Below are positions 40,493 through 52,572 of a stretch of DNA of 64,000 nucleotides, piece after piece; position 1 is the stretch's first letter, and each line of letters starts with the position of its first letter. The translations under genes and the position numbers were made by a program. The notes beneath the pieces are model-generated. The model did not search any database. It saw only the letters and a list, made by a program, of their open reading frames with translations, and was not told the DNA's origin. The stretch comes from Octopus vulgaris. Its lineage: Eukaryota. The DNA lies in the NCBI GenBank assembly GCA_951406725.2, contig OX597818.1, positions 27,466,001-27,530,000 on the forward strand, in the 5' to 3' direction.

Positions 40493-40534
40493 TCCTGGAT
40501 GGTGCTTATGATAATCTTTCAAAGAAACCTGAAG
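40493..40534 (+). CDS. Cytoplasmic microexon type B (42 nt): VLDGAYDNLSKKPE
   Basis: ttcttaaag|tcctggat...gaag|gtgagc, phase 1-1, YxN motif. Confidence 0.85.
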
Positions 40535-41109
40535 GTGAGCATATAGACATTTCCTGGATGAACTTCTGTTCATTAAAGCATATGTTATCAAATACTTTGG
40601 CTCATTCTTTTTTCTTTTTTGAGTAGAATGTACAGTGTAATAAAATATGTATGCATATATATAAATAAAACCATCAAAATGTTAAATTTCCATTGCATGT
40701 ATAAGAGATGTCTTGTAAACTTTTTTATGTAACTCCATACTTTTGCACCTTTATTAATCTTTACTGATAATCCAATTCATAAATGTATTTTGTAAGTTTT
40801 ATTTATACAAATAAACCAAATAATAATATAACTAGTAATGAATTTACTAGACATTTGCCTGGAGATGAGACAAATAGTTTAGAAGAGATTTTCAATGGGG
40901 AATATTATACACTGAAATGAACTGTTTTTGTTGAGGTAACCACAATAAGTCCTGCTTTTGGATACCACTAGCATGAAAATAATCTTAGAAAATATCTTAT
41001 TGCACAAGCTTCTCTTAATGATAACATGATTATTTTAAAATATCAGTGAAATATGTAACAGAAATAGTGACATATGAAATACTTAGTAATATTAAATTTA
41101 GTCTATAGA

Positions 41110-41320
41110 CAGCAAGGTGGTAGAATGGTTAGCATGCCAGGCAAAATGCTTAGTAGCATTTCGTCCAACTTTACGGTCTGAGTTCAAATTCCACTGAGGT
41201 TGACTTTGCCTTTCATTCTCTTAAGGTTGATAAAATAAGTACGAGTTGAACAGTGGGTGGTCAATGCAATCAACTTATCCCCTCTCTGAAATTGATGGTT
41301 CTCTGTCAAAATTTGAAATC
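41110..41320 (+). mobile_element. tRNA-derived Nin-type SINE
   Basis: A-box-like tggtagaatgg and B-box gagttcaaattcc, then gaggttgactttgcctttcat. Same family as 5345-5562. Confidence 0.7.
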
Positions 41321-41523
41321 AATATTAAATTTAGTCATACTATGTTCTGTGTTCAAATTTCTTTGAATGAAATTTCACCTTTGAGCCCTCTGTAAATACC
41401 ACTGTTATATAATTTCTGTATGAAAATTAGCATTTTCCGTGTTGAATATAATTTTTATTGCTGCTTTACTGAAGAACTTTCTCTCCATGCACTAACTCTG
41501 AAATGCCATATTTACCAAATATA

Positions 41524-41524
41524 G

Positions 41525-41587
<63 letters not shown>

Positions 41588-41639
41588 CTCTCTCTCTCTC
41601 CCTCTCTCTCTCTTCATCATCATCATCATCATCACCACC

Positions 41640-41673
<34 letters not shown>

Positions 41674-42088
41674 TCTTTTTAATGTCTGCTTTCTATGCTG
41701 GCATGGGTTGGATGGTTTGACTGAAGACTAGCAAGCCAGGAGGCTGCACCAGGCTCCAATCTGTTCTGTCCAGGTTTCTACAGCTGGATGCCCTTTTTAA
41801 TGCCAACCACTCCAAGAGCGTAGTGGGTGTTTTTTACGTGCCACTGGCATGGGGGCCAGTCAGGTAGCACTGGCATTGAACACACTCAAATGATGCTTTC
41901 CCTATACCACTGGCACAGGAGCCAGTCAGGTGGCACTGGCATTGAACACACTCAAATGATGCTTTCCCTATACCACTGGCACAGGAGCCAGTCAGGTGGC
42001 ACTGGCATCGGCTATGGTTCAAATGGTGCTTTTTATGTGCCACTGGCACAGACGCCAGTCAGGTGGCCCTGGCATCGGCCACAACAAC
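41524..42088 (-). mobile_element. (CTTT)n/(CAT)n microsatellite plus RTE-family 3' end with 66-bp tandem repeats
   Basis: Head ttaatgtctgctttctatgctggcatgggttgg. Repeat unit ccactggcacaggagccagtcaggtggcactggcattgaacacactcaaatgatgctttccctata. Confidence 0.75.
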
Positions 42089-42360
42089 GATTTCTTCTTT
42101 ACTTACTTATATCAAATGAATTTATTAGGTAATACTATTCTTTATTTTAAATACATCAATACAAAGATGAAGAACTTATACTTTATGTTCAGTTTGATGG
42201 ATTTCAAATAATAATCTTTGTTTCTAAATGCATGTTTATATATCAAAATATACCTACAATATATTATATTGTTATTTTTCTACCTTTTGTACAACATGAA
42301 AATATTTAATACATTCTCTTCACGCTATAAATATGTCCCTCTTTATCTAATGTTTTGAAG

Positions 42361-42420
42361 CTGTGGATGATCATTATATTGAAGTTAGTGAACTCCAAGA
42401 TATGTGCCTAGAACTCCCTG
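42361..42420 (+). CDS. Cytoplasmic microexon type A (60 nt): AVDDHYIEVSELQDMCLELP
   Basis: ttttgaag|ctgtg...cctg|gtaagt, phase 1-1. Confidence 0.85.
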
Positions 42421-42657
42421 GTAAGTATAATCAATATTGATAGCACATGACATAATCCCAAAATAGTATAAACTTGAACAGAAAGCTAATGACTACATTT
42501 TATAACAATCTAAATATACCCTATCATTGTGTGTATGTCTGTGTACATGTGCTTGTGCATTCATTAATATTTATTTTAGTAGTATCAGCACACTAGCAAC
42601 ACATTTTAAATGTTATTTATTGTCACATTATTTATATTTAAAATGATTTTCTTGAAA

Positions 42658-42691
42658 ACAAAGATGGTGCTTATTTCTAAGAAATTTGATT
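42658..42691 (+). pseudogene. Decayed type B microexon (acceptor AG>AA, internal deletion)
   Basis: tttcttgaaa-acaaagatggtgcttat-ttctaagaaatttgatt-gttagc. DGAY matches 40493, and the flanking introns are homologous. Confidence 0.65.
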
Positions 42692-43215
42692 GTTAGCATA
42701 TAGGCAATTCAATAAAATTATAATCATTAAAGCAAGAGTTAAAAAATATCTTAGCTTATCCTTTCTTTGAGTAGAATATACTGCTTAATAACATACATAT
42801 GTTTTTAATTAGAAAAGTTTGAAAATGTGAAAACCCCATTGCATATATAAAGAACTTGACTTCTTACACATATTAATCCATATTAATAATCCAGTGTATA
42901 CACATATTTTCATAATTTGCCATATTAAATAAAATTAGACTTTATTTCTCCTTACTTTTTCATACCAAATGAATTTATTAGACAATTCTTTTCCTTTTCT
43001 GAATACATCAATGAGAGAAGGGGATGAAGACTCATACTGTACACTCAGTTTGGCTGGATTTCAAATAATTTTTTTTACCTAATATATGTTTATATATAAA
43101 ATATGTATTACAATATATTTTGACATTAGCTTTATGACTTACAGTGTAACAATAACATATTTAAAACACCCTTTCCAAACAATAAACAACCCATTTTTAA
43201 TCTAATTTCATGAAG

Positions 43216-43275
43216 GTGTGGAGCATCAATATTTTGAAGTTTGTGAGCACCAAAATATATGCCCAGAACCTCCTG
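43216..43275 (+). CDS. Cytoplasmic microexon type A (60 nt): GVEHQYFEVCEHQNICPEPP
   Basis: tttcatgaag|gtgtg...cctg|gtaagt, phase 1-1. Confidence 0.82.
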
Positions 43276-43915
43276 GTAAGTATAACAGACATTGATAGTG
43301 TATAGCATGACTTTAGATATAGTCTAAATCATGATTAGAAATCTAACAACCATAATTTGAATTAACTCCTCTCTTTTTACATTTGTATATATGTGAGTGT
43401 TTGAGTGTATGTTAATGGTATTCATTGTAATAGTATATGCTCACTACCAGCATATTTTAGATGTTATATCAATGTTTTGTGTTCATTTTTTAATCCCTTA
43501 AAGTTCTCAATATGCACTACTTTTATGTAATTTCTATAAAAAAATAATAGCATTTTGCAGATAGAAAAGAATTTTGAGTGTCTCATTTTATGGAAGAACC
43601 TTCTCTCCAAACACTAAATTTGATATACCATATCTATCAAAACTGATCTTTCTGTTTCTTCATAAGAAATGAATTTATGAGGCAATATTTTTCTGTTTTT
43701 CAATACATCATTGAGAAGATGAAGAGCTTATACATTACATTCGGTTTGGCTGCATTTCAAATATATTTTCTTTCTCTATACATGTTTATATACAAATGTT
43801 TATATACAAAATATAGATTATAATATGTTTTTGCTACTTTCTGTACAATATTGAAATACTTAAAATATCCTGTCCTAACAATAAATACACCCATTTTATT
43901 TTAAATTTCTTGAAG

Positions 43916-43975
43916 TTGTGGAAGATGAACATGCTGAAGATAGTGAGCCCAAATATGTATGCATGAAACAACCTG
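43916..43975 (+). CDS. Cytoplasmic microexon type A (60 nt): VVEDEHAEDSEPKYVCMKQP
   Basis: tttcttgaag|ttgtg...cctg|gtgagt, YxxM motif. Confidence 0.85.
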
Positions 43976-44011
43976 GTGAGTATGAATCAACATTGGAAAA
44001 ACACAGCATGC

Positions 44012-45040
44012 CTTCAGAATACAACGCAAGTCGCTCAAATTCCTTGTAATTTTTTTCATATAATTGCTTAAAGAGGCGATTTTGCAGTGCATACTTTTTT
44101 ATCAAGTTGACAGCTTTGATAACATTTATAAGTGCATCATTCAAATGTTTCCTATGTGTTTGGCAACCAGATGCTGTCAATGAACACAGTGCACAAAAAG
44201 CACAACTATTTTAAGTAAGCACTGAATCCCCAATATCTTCTGATCATGATTTAACTTGGTAGATTGACCTTTCCACCCTCGCCTCTTTCACTATAGATCT
44301 AGATGGAATAGTTATGATAATCAAAGTAACTTATAAATACTTAGGTAAAATGAAGTAAAAAGGAGTAGATACTTGCACACTAACGATGCAGAAAAATATA
44401 ATTAAACAAGAAAGTACAGAATCAAGAACAAAAGTAAGATGAGATAAGAAGAGAGAGAGAGAAAGAAGTGGTATAATTTGACAATCCAGAAAGAAAAATG
44501 AATCTTAAAGAGACTTGTGTAAATGTTAACCAGTTAGCATGGACGTTGTTGATTGGATGGATTTTCCATGTTGTCGATAATGTTGAAGTGGAGTTTTGAT
44601 TAATAACTGCGACTTTGCCTTCTGTGCTGTCCATTATATATATATATATGTCTTGCAGCTTTAAAATTTTGGAGCAATTTGGTATGATGCAATGATATGT
44701 AACTGTTCATCTTATGAACCAAACATACAACACTCAAAATCTAATATTCTAACATGTGCTCTTTAGGTACATATATGTGTGTAATATAAAATTAGTACAT
44801 AAGGATGATTCATCAAAATTATAACTGCATATACATGTGTTTCTTATATGTATATGTATAACATGCATTTTACAAATAAAAATACATACCTACACGTTAA
44901 TAATTTACGATCCCCAAAATTTCTGTGCCCCCACCCTCGCAGACCCCTGTGGCTCCCTATTTTTCAAACTTAGCTTTGTGGCCTACAAGAAATGTTTCAT
45001 GGCCCCTAGAGGGTCATATGGCTCCTGTTGAGAAACCCTG
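44012..45040 (-). mobile_element. hAT (Buster/Charlie-type) fragment, internally deleted copy of 47149-50088
   Basis: Reads LNDALINVIKAVNLIKKYALQNRLFKQL. Terminus gttgagaaaccctg is followed by ctcTAcag (nnnTAnnn). About 1.5 kb is deleted at tgatca relative to the second copy. Confidence 0.8.
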
Positions 45041-45488
45041 CTCTACAGCAAGACACCTGTATCTGTCTCGCTATAACCTTTTGATCATCACTCCCTCCAA
45101 AGCCTCTCTCCCTCTTAAAAGTTTTTGTCTTGCAAGTACTTGGTAACTCTGTCAGTGCAGGTGCCACTTAAAAGCACCCAGTCCACACTGTAAAGTGGTT
45201 GGTATTTGGAAGGGCATCCAGCTGTAAAAACCTTGCCAAAACTATCCTCAACTGTGCTTGTGCCACATAAAAGCACTACTCACTTTGCCTGTGCTTTTGC
45301 CACATAAAAAGCACTAAGTCCACTCCGCTGAGTGGACTTAGTGTTAGGAAGGGCATCCAGCTATAAAAATCCTGTCAAAACAATCACAGAAGTCTAGTGC
45401 AGGCGTCAGCCTGACTGGCTTTTGTGATACCATCCCACTAATGTTAGCTTGGAACATGAACGGTAAACGATGATGATGATGATGATGA
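45041..45488 (+). mobile_element. RTE-family 3' end with (GAT)n tail (duplicated at about 50089-50537)
   Basis: Contains ggaagggcatccagct blocks and ends taaacgatgatgatgat. Confidence 0.7.
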
Positions 45489-45591
45489 GTATATTTTGTC
45501 ATTTGCTTTATGACTTACAGTGTAACAATAACATATTTAAAACATCCTTTCCAAACAATAAACAACCTGTTTTTAATCTAATTTCATAAAG

Positions 45592-45651
45592 GTGTGGAGC
45601 ATCAATATTTTGATATTTGTGAGCACCAAAATATATGCCTAAAACTGCCTG
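45592..45651 (+). CDS. Cytoplasmic microexon type A (60 nt), weakened donor: GVEHQYFDICEHQNICLKLP
   Basis: tttcataaag|gtgtg...cctg|gtaaaa. Duplicate of 43216-43275. Confidence 0.6.
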
Positions 45652-45837
45652 GTAAAAATATAACAGACATTGATAGCACACAACATGACTTTAGAATAGT
45701 CTAAATCATGATTAGAAAGCTAACAACCATAATTTGAATTAGCACTCTTTTTATTTTTGTTCATATGTGAGTGTTTGAGTGTATCTTGGTATTCATTGTA
45801 GTAGTATCTGCTCATTACTTGCATATTTTAGCTGTTA

Positions 45838-46638
45838 GGAATTCCAACCACATTTTGTGGTTCACCATCTCAACAGCTCCTTTATAGGATCCAGTGGCTA
45901 AAGACATCAGGAGAAACCACATCCAGTTTCGGTCCCTACTCCTCAACCGTTTTTGATGTGGTGGGTCCCTCATCTCTTAAAGGTGTCTTCAGCTCTGGTG
46001 TCGAGTGCGTTTCTTCTTTCTCCTTTTTTCTTTTGTTCTTTGGTTTCTTCAATGCAGTATCAACAAATGTCAGTGGGCAACTGACCATCCTGCCAAATTT
46101 CCCATCAAATACTCACCGGTAGGCTCCAGCAGCCAGCACCAGCTAACTGCCGCATGACACTGTCTAAGCTTCAACTAACCAATGGAGGGGAAGGGCATGT
46201 AATTTTAGCCCATGCCCTCTTTAAATTTGCCTTCGAACAGTGTCGTGTTAGTTTCAGTTCCAGCAGCCAGATCTGACCAGCTGTTTGGTGGTACATGTCT
46301 TCAAACCAGAGGGAGGGCATGCAAAGAATGAGATCATTACCTTGGCCCAACTGTCAATCAGTGATGCTGCTTAAGTGTCAGCCAGCCTCACCTAACAATG
46401 CTATTCCCCAGTTGGCATGTTATGGTTTTCAAGCCATTTTAGGTCTTTTCACTTCAGCCATACATAGAAGCTGGCTTTTTCGACTGCCTCTTGTATCCTC
46501 CTTATTACTTTTCTCAGCTCTGAGCTCGAAAATTCAAACCTTCTGTTAAATAACGTCATCATTTTCCTTTCAATGAAACCTCTTGCCTCCACTGCCAGGT
46601 GGTAATACTCAACAGGCCATCCCTGTTCTCTGCACTCT
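45838..46638 (-). mobile_element. 5'-truncated restriction-endonuclease-type non-LTR retrotransposon (HERO-like)
   Basis: ECREQGWPVEYYHLAVEARGF...IRRIQEAVEKASFYVWLK resembles the RLE C-terminus (EVGxRGF, AEKASxWLW). Absent from the paralogous site at about 43465. Confidence 0.7.
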
Positions 46639-47052
46639 TGTTTTGTGTTCATTTTTCAATCTCTTGAATATTCCAGTATGCACTTCTTTCATGTAATTTC
46701 TATAACAAAATGCTAATTTTGTGGATAGAAAAAATTTTTAGTGTCTTACTTTATGGAGGAACTTTCTCTCCAAACACTAAATTTGATATGTCATATCTAT
46801 CGAAATTGATCTTTCTGTTTCTTCATAAGAAATGAATTTGTGTGGCAATATTTTTGTTTTCCAATACATCTATGAGAAGATGAAGAACTTATACATTACA
46901 TTCAGTTTGGTTGTATTTCAAACATATTTTCTTTCTCAATACATGTTTATATACAAAATATACATTTTATTTTTGCTACTTTCTGTGCAATATTGAAATA
47001 CTTAAAATATCCTAAAAATAAATAAACCCATTTTATATTAAATTTCTTGAAG

Positions 47053-47112
47053 TTGTGGAAGATGAACATGCTGAAGATAGTGAGCCCAAATATGTATGCA
47101 TGAAACAACCTG
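47053..47112 (+). CDS. Cytoplasmic microexon type A (60 nt): VVEDEHAEDSEPKYVCMKQP
   Basis: Identical to 43916-43975, with intact AG/GT. Confidence 0.82.
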
Positions 47113-47148
47113 GTGAGTATGAATCAACATTGGAAAAACACAGCATGC

Positions 47149-50088
47149 CTTCAGAATACAACGCAAGTCGTTCAAATTCCTCATAATTTTTTTCATATAA
47201 TTGCTTAAAGAGGCGATTTTGCAGTGCATACTTTTTTATCAAGTTGACAGCTTTGATAACATTTATAAGTGCATCATTCAAATGTTTCCTATGTGTTTGG
47301 CAACCAGATGCTGTCAATGAACACAGTGCACAAAAAGCACAGCTATTTTAAGTAAGCACTGAATCACCAATATCTTCTGATCATAGTAGCAATGCCATCT
47401 GTTGTACAAGCCACAATGTTCTTCAATGGAATGTTGTTCTCTTCGAAATAGGCCTCAAGTGTTTTGAAGATGGATTTCCTTTCAAAACAGATAAAAGCAA
47501 TTCTTGACATATATCATTAACATGAAGAAACCTAACAAATGCCATTTAAAAAACAGAATTATCAGGTAGAGTTGATTTATCTGTTTGAAGTGAGAACTCT
47601 TTTACCCTAAGTTTTGAAACTAATTAGCTTTCAACATCAGCTGTCATTTCATCAATCCATCATGATACTGATGAGTTGCTCAGAGGAATAACACTTGTAA
47701 CCTCTTGTGGACTATGATACATGACTGTTGAAAGCACTACAGCCACTGCAGGCATGATCAAAAATGGCTTACCACCTTTTGCAATTAAATTTGCTATCTT
47801 GTAAGAAGCCAACATTTCTTTGTCTACTTTTGCTGCTTTTTGAGTGAACATTTGATCCACTGTCATCCTTCCTTGAAACTCATCATATAACTTTTTGAAG
47901 AAATCTAGTGGCTTGTATTTCTTATCTCTATGTGCAGTCTCCAGATGTTCTTTTAGTTTGCAGGGACACATATTTTCATTTGAGAACAAGGTCTTGAATA
48001 GCAGACACATTAGGTATGGTAGAATTTTGTGAAGATTTAATGAATCCATAAGCAAGATATTCGACAGAATATTATCTACACTTTTTTTAGGTGCACTTGC
48101 CATGTTTATCTGAAATAATAAACAAATATTTTCAAAAATGTTGAATAAAAAAGAGGTTAGTTTCAAGCGTTTTCGTCAGGGGTGAATACAAAGTAAGGTA
48201 AACCAATATACCTTTTTAACCAAGAATAAAATTAGTTCTAAAACCAAGTTTATAAAGTCAATATATTATGCAGTTAACTAAATCAAACGCTTTAATAATC
48301 AAGAAAAACAGATTAATATTTATGCTTATAAAAAGATAAAAATAACAAGACAAAATTCATCTTTCCCTTTTCAGTTGACAATCCAGAAAGAAAATTAATT
48401 TGATGAAAAGAAACTAAATTATAAAAGTGATCGATAAAGCAAGTGAGCTGGTAAGCTCATGGAAAAAATAGGGCTGATTTATTGCTGAATCAAACTCGAA
48501 TTGCCTAAAAGAGTTATATTGAAAATGTATTTTCTTTTTAAAAAAAAAATGATTTTATAATATATTTTGTTATAGTCTATTAAACATAGTTCAATATTAA
48601 ATTTTACTCTAATTCAATTAAGTATATAATACTATTCAGTGACTAATTATTGAATCATTAAATTGATTAATAATCTAATAGTTGTATAAAAAGGCATATA
48701 AGAATGATTTTATCTAGTTTTCTAATGAATTGTTTGTTTGTTTGTTTTCGGGGTATCCTCAGCCTCTCACCTCCCTCTTGATTCCCCATCTTAGTTTGGA
48801 TACTTCTCAAATTATAGGTTTTTTGAAAATAAATCCTATACTCATATGTGAAGAAACAGTTTTCCTGACTGCTTGGGTTCAGTTTGAATGCTTGATCAAT
48901 GATTTAACTTGGTAGATTGACGTTTCCACCCTCGCCTCTTTCACTATAGATCTAGATGGCATATTTATGATAATCAAAGTAACTTATAAATACTTAGGTA
49001 AAATGAAGTAAAAAGGAGTAGATACTTGCACACTAACGATGCAGAAAAATATAATTAAACAAGAATGTACAGAATCAAGAACAAAAGTAAGATGAGATAA
49101 GAAGAGAGAGAGAAAGAAGTGGTATAATTTGACAAAACAAAAAAGAAAAATGAATCTTAAAGAGACTTGTGTAAATGTTAACCAGTTAGCATGGACGTTG
49201 TTGATTGGATGGATTTTCCATGTTGTCGATAATGTTGAAGTGTGGAGGGGCAATGGCCCAGTGGTTAGGGTAGCGGACTCACGGTCATAGGATCGCGGTT
49301 TCGATTCCAGACCGGGCGTTGTGAGTGTTTATTGAGCGAAAACACCTAAAGCTCCACGAGGCTCCGGCAGGGATGGTGGTGATCCCTGCTGTACTCTTTC
49401 ACCACAACTTTCTCTCACTTTTACTTCCTGTTTCTGTTGTACCTGTATTTCAAAGGGCCGGCCTTGTCACTCTCTGTGTCACGCTGAATATCCCCGAGAA
49501 CTACGTTAAGGGTACACGTGTCTGTGGAGTGCTCAGCCACTTACACGTTAATTTCACGAGCAGGCTGTTCCGTTGATTCGGATCAACTGGAACCCTCATC
49601 GTCGTAACCGACGGAGTGCTTCATCCAAAATGTTGAAGTGGAGTTTTGATTAATAACTGCGACTTTGCCTTCTGTGCTGTCCGTTATATATGTATGTTTT
49701 GCAGCTTTAAAATTTTGGAGCAATTTGGTATGATGCAATGATATGTAACTGTTCATCTTATGAACCAAACATACAACACTTAAAATCTAATATTCTAACA
49801 TGTGTTCTTTAGGTACATATATGTGTGTAATATAAAATTAGTACATAAGGATGATCCATCAAAATTATAACTGCATATACACGTGTTTCTTATATGTATA
49901 TGTGTAACATGCATTTTACAAATAAAAATACATACCTACATGTTAATAATTTACGATCCCCAAAATTTCTGTGCCCCCACCCCCCGTAGACCCCTGTGGC
50001 TCCCTATTTTTCAAACTTAGCTTTGTGGCCTACAAGAAATGTTTCATGGCCCCCTAGAGGGTCATATGGCTCCTGTTGAGAAACCCTA
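47149..50088 (-). mobile_element. hAT (Buster/Charlie, ZBED5/SCAND3-like) transposon, 3' half missing
   Basis: ORF 47660-48166 reads MCLL..SNENM.P.KLKEHLETAH, ASYKIA.LIAKGGKPF and IPLSNSSV, then FSLQTDKST and ACTTDGIATMI. Terminus gttgagaaacccta at 50075-50088. Confidence 0.85.
49243..49628 (+). mobile_element. Young full-length tRNA-derived SINE with 12-bp TSD
   Basis: A box tggcccagtggttagg, B box ggtttcgattcc. TSD aatgttgaagtg at 49231-49242 and 49629-49640. The empty site is visible at about 44579-44590. Confidence 0.9.
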
Positions 50089-50639
50089 TTCTACAGCAAG
50101 ACACCTGTATCTGTCTCGCTATAACTTTTTGATCATCACCTCCTCCAAAGCCTCTCTCCCTCTTAAAAGTTTTTGTCTTGCAAGTACTTGGTAACTCTGT
50201 CAGTGCAGGTGCCACTTAAAAGCACCCAGTCCACACTGTAAAGTGGTTGGTATTTGGAAGGGCATCCAGCTGTAAAAACCTTGTCAAAACTATCCTCAAC
50301 TGTGCTTGTGCCACATAAAAGAACTACTCACTTTGCCTGTGCTTTTGCCACATAAAAAGCACTAAGTCCACTCCGCTGAGTGAACTTAGTGTTAGGAAGG
50401 GCATCCAGCTATAAAAATCCTGTCAAAACAATCACAGAAGTCTAGTGCAGGCGTCAGCCTGACTGGCTTTTGTGATACCATCCCACTAATGTTAGCTTGG
50501 AACATGAACGGTAAACGATGATGATGATGATGATGAGTATATTTTGTCATTTGCTTTATGACTTACAGTGTAACAATAACATATTTAAAACATCCTTTCC
50601 AAACAATAAACAACCTGTTTTTAATCTAATTTCATGAAG

Positions 50640-50699
50640 GTGTGGAGCATCAATATTTTGAAGTTTGTGAGCACCAAAATATATGCCCAAAACTGCCTG
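50640..50699 (+). pseudogene. Type A microexon copy with lost donor (GT>GA): GVEHQYFEVCEHQNICPKLP
   Basis: tttcatgaag|gtgtg...cctg|gaaaat. Confidence 0.75.
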
Positions 50700-50883
50700 G
50701 AAAATATAACAGACATTGATAGCACACTACATGACTTTAGAATAGTCTAAATCATGATTAGAAAGCCAACAACCATAATTTGAATTAGCACTCTTTTTAT
50801 TTTTGTTCATATGTGAGTGTTTGAGTGTATCTTGGTATTCATTGTAGTAGTATCTGCTCATTACTTGCATATTTTAGCTGTTA

Positions 50884-51685
50884 GGAATTCCAACCACATT
50901 TTGTGGTTCACCATCTCAACAGCTTCTTTATAGGATCCAGTGGCTAAAGACATCAGGAGAAACCACGTCCAGTTTCGGTCCCTACTCCTCAACCATTTTC
51001 GATGTGGTGGGCCCCTCATCTCTTAAAGGTGTCTTCAGCTCTGGTGTCGAGTGCGTTTCTTCTTTCTCCTTTTTTCTTTTGTTCTTTGGTTTCTTCAATG
51101 CAGTGTCAATGAATGTCAGTGGGCAACTGACTATCCTGCCAAATTTCCCATCAAATACTCACCGGTAGGCTCCAGCGGCCAGCACCAGCTAACTGCCGCA
51201 TGACACTGTCTAAGCTTCCACTAACCAATGGAGGGGAAGGGCATGTAATTTTAGCCTATGCCCTCTTTAAATCTACCTTCGAACAGTGTTGTGTTAGTTT
51301 CAGTTCCAGCAGTCAGGTCTGACCAGCTGTTTGGTGGTACATGTCTTCAAACCAGAGGGAGGGCATGCAAAGAATGAGATCATTACCTTGGCCCAACTGT
51401 CAATCAGTGATGCTGCTTAAGTGTCAGCCAGCCTCACCTAGCAATGCTATTCCCCAGTTGGTATGTTATGGTTTTCAAGCCATTTTAGGTCTTCTCACTT
51501 CAGCCATATATAGAAGCTGGCTTTTTCGACTGCCTCTTGTATCCTCCTTATTACTTTTCTCAGCTCTGAGCTCGAAAATGCAAACCTTCTGTTAAATGAC
51601 GTCATCATTTTCCTTTCAATGAAACCTCTTGCCTCCACTGTCAGGTGGTAATACTCAGTAGTCCATCCCTGTTCTCTGCACTCTT
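50884..51685 (-). mobile_element. Duplicate of the HERO-like fragment at 45838-46638
   Basis: ORF 51495-51698 is nearly identical, at the same insertion point. Confidence 0.7.
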
Positions 51686-52099
51686 GATTTGTGTTCATTT
51701 TTCAATCTCTTGAATATTCCAGTATGTACTTCTTTCATGTAATTTCTATAACAAAATGCTAATTTTGTGGATAGAAAAAATTTTTAGTGTCTTACTTTAT
51801 GGAGGAACTTTCTCTCCAAACACTAAATTTGATATGTCTTATCTATCAAAATTGATCTTTCTGTTTCTTCATAAGAAATGAATTTGTGTGGCAATATTTT
51901 TGTTTTTCAATACATCTATGAGAAGATGAAGAACTTATACATTACATTCAGTTTGGTTGTATTTCAAACATATTTTCTTTCTCAAATTCATGTTTATATA
52001 CAAAATATACATTTTATTTTTGCTACTTTCTGTGCAATATTGAAATACTTAAAATATCCTAAAAATAAATAAGCCCATTTTATATTAAATTTCTTGAAG

Positions 52100-52159
52100 T
52101 TGTGGAAGATGAACATGCTGAAGATAGTGAGCCCAAATATGTATGCATGAAACAACCTG
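52100..52159 (+). CDS. Cytoplasmic microexon type A (60 nt): VVEDEHAEDSEPKYVCMKQP
   Basis: Third identical copy; tttcttgaag| ... |gtgagt. Confidence 0.85.
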
Positions 52160-52395
52160 GTGAGTATGAATCAATATTGGAAGTACACAGCATGTCTTCA
52201 GAATAGTGCAAAACTTAAATAGAATGCTAACACTAACTTTTTTCTGTTGATGTGTGTGTGTGTATGTGTGTGTGTGCACATGCATTGTTTCAGTGTATGC
52301 CTTTAATATTTATTCTGATAGTATTAGAGCACTACTAACATATCATAAATATTATTTACAGCTATGTTATTTATTTTCCTTTATATTTCTTAAAG

Positions 52396-52437
52396 ATTTG
52401 GACGCTATTTATGCTAACATTCCAAAGAAACCTGATG
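52396..52437 (+). CDS. Cytoplasmic microexon type B (42 nt): DLDAIYANIPKKPD
   Basis: tttcttaaag|atttg...gatg|gtaagt, YxN motif. Confidence 0.88.
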
Positions 52438-52572
52438 GTAAGTATTTAAATGTATTGCAGGACAAGTTAGTAACAATTTTGGCTCATTATTTCTTTAAGT
52501 AGAATATAAAGTTTAATATATTGGTAGGATTGCAATTTAAACTTTGAAAATGATAGCAGTCCATTGAACATA

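Noticed and set aside
43504-43530. Type B-like acceptor ccttaaag|ttctc
   Set aside because: Similarity ends within a few bases and there is no frame-preserving donor. It is probably a deletion scar, so it was not counted as an exon.
43896-44180. Apparent fusion ORF of hAT transposase with antisense exon sequence (also 47033-47317)
   Set aside because: Chance read-through across the rearrangement junction; the upstream transposase is broken.
49243-49320. tRNA gene
   Set aside because: A and B boxes are present, but this is the head of a SINE with a TSD and an empty paralogous site.
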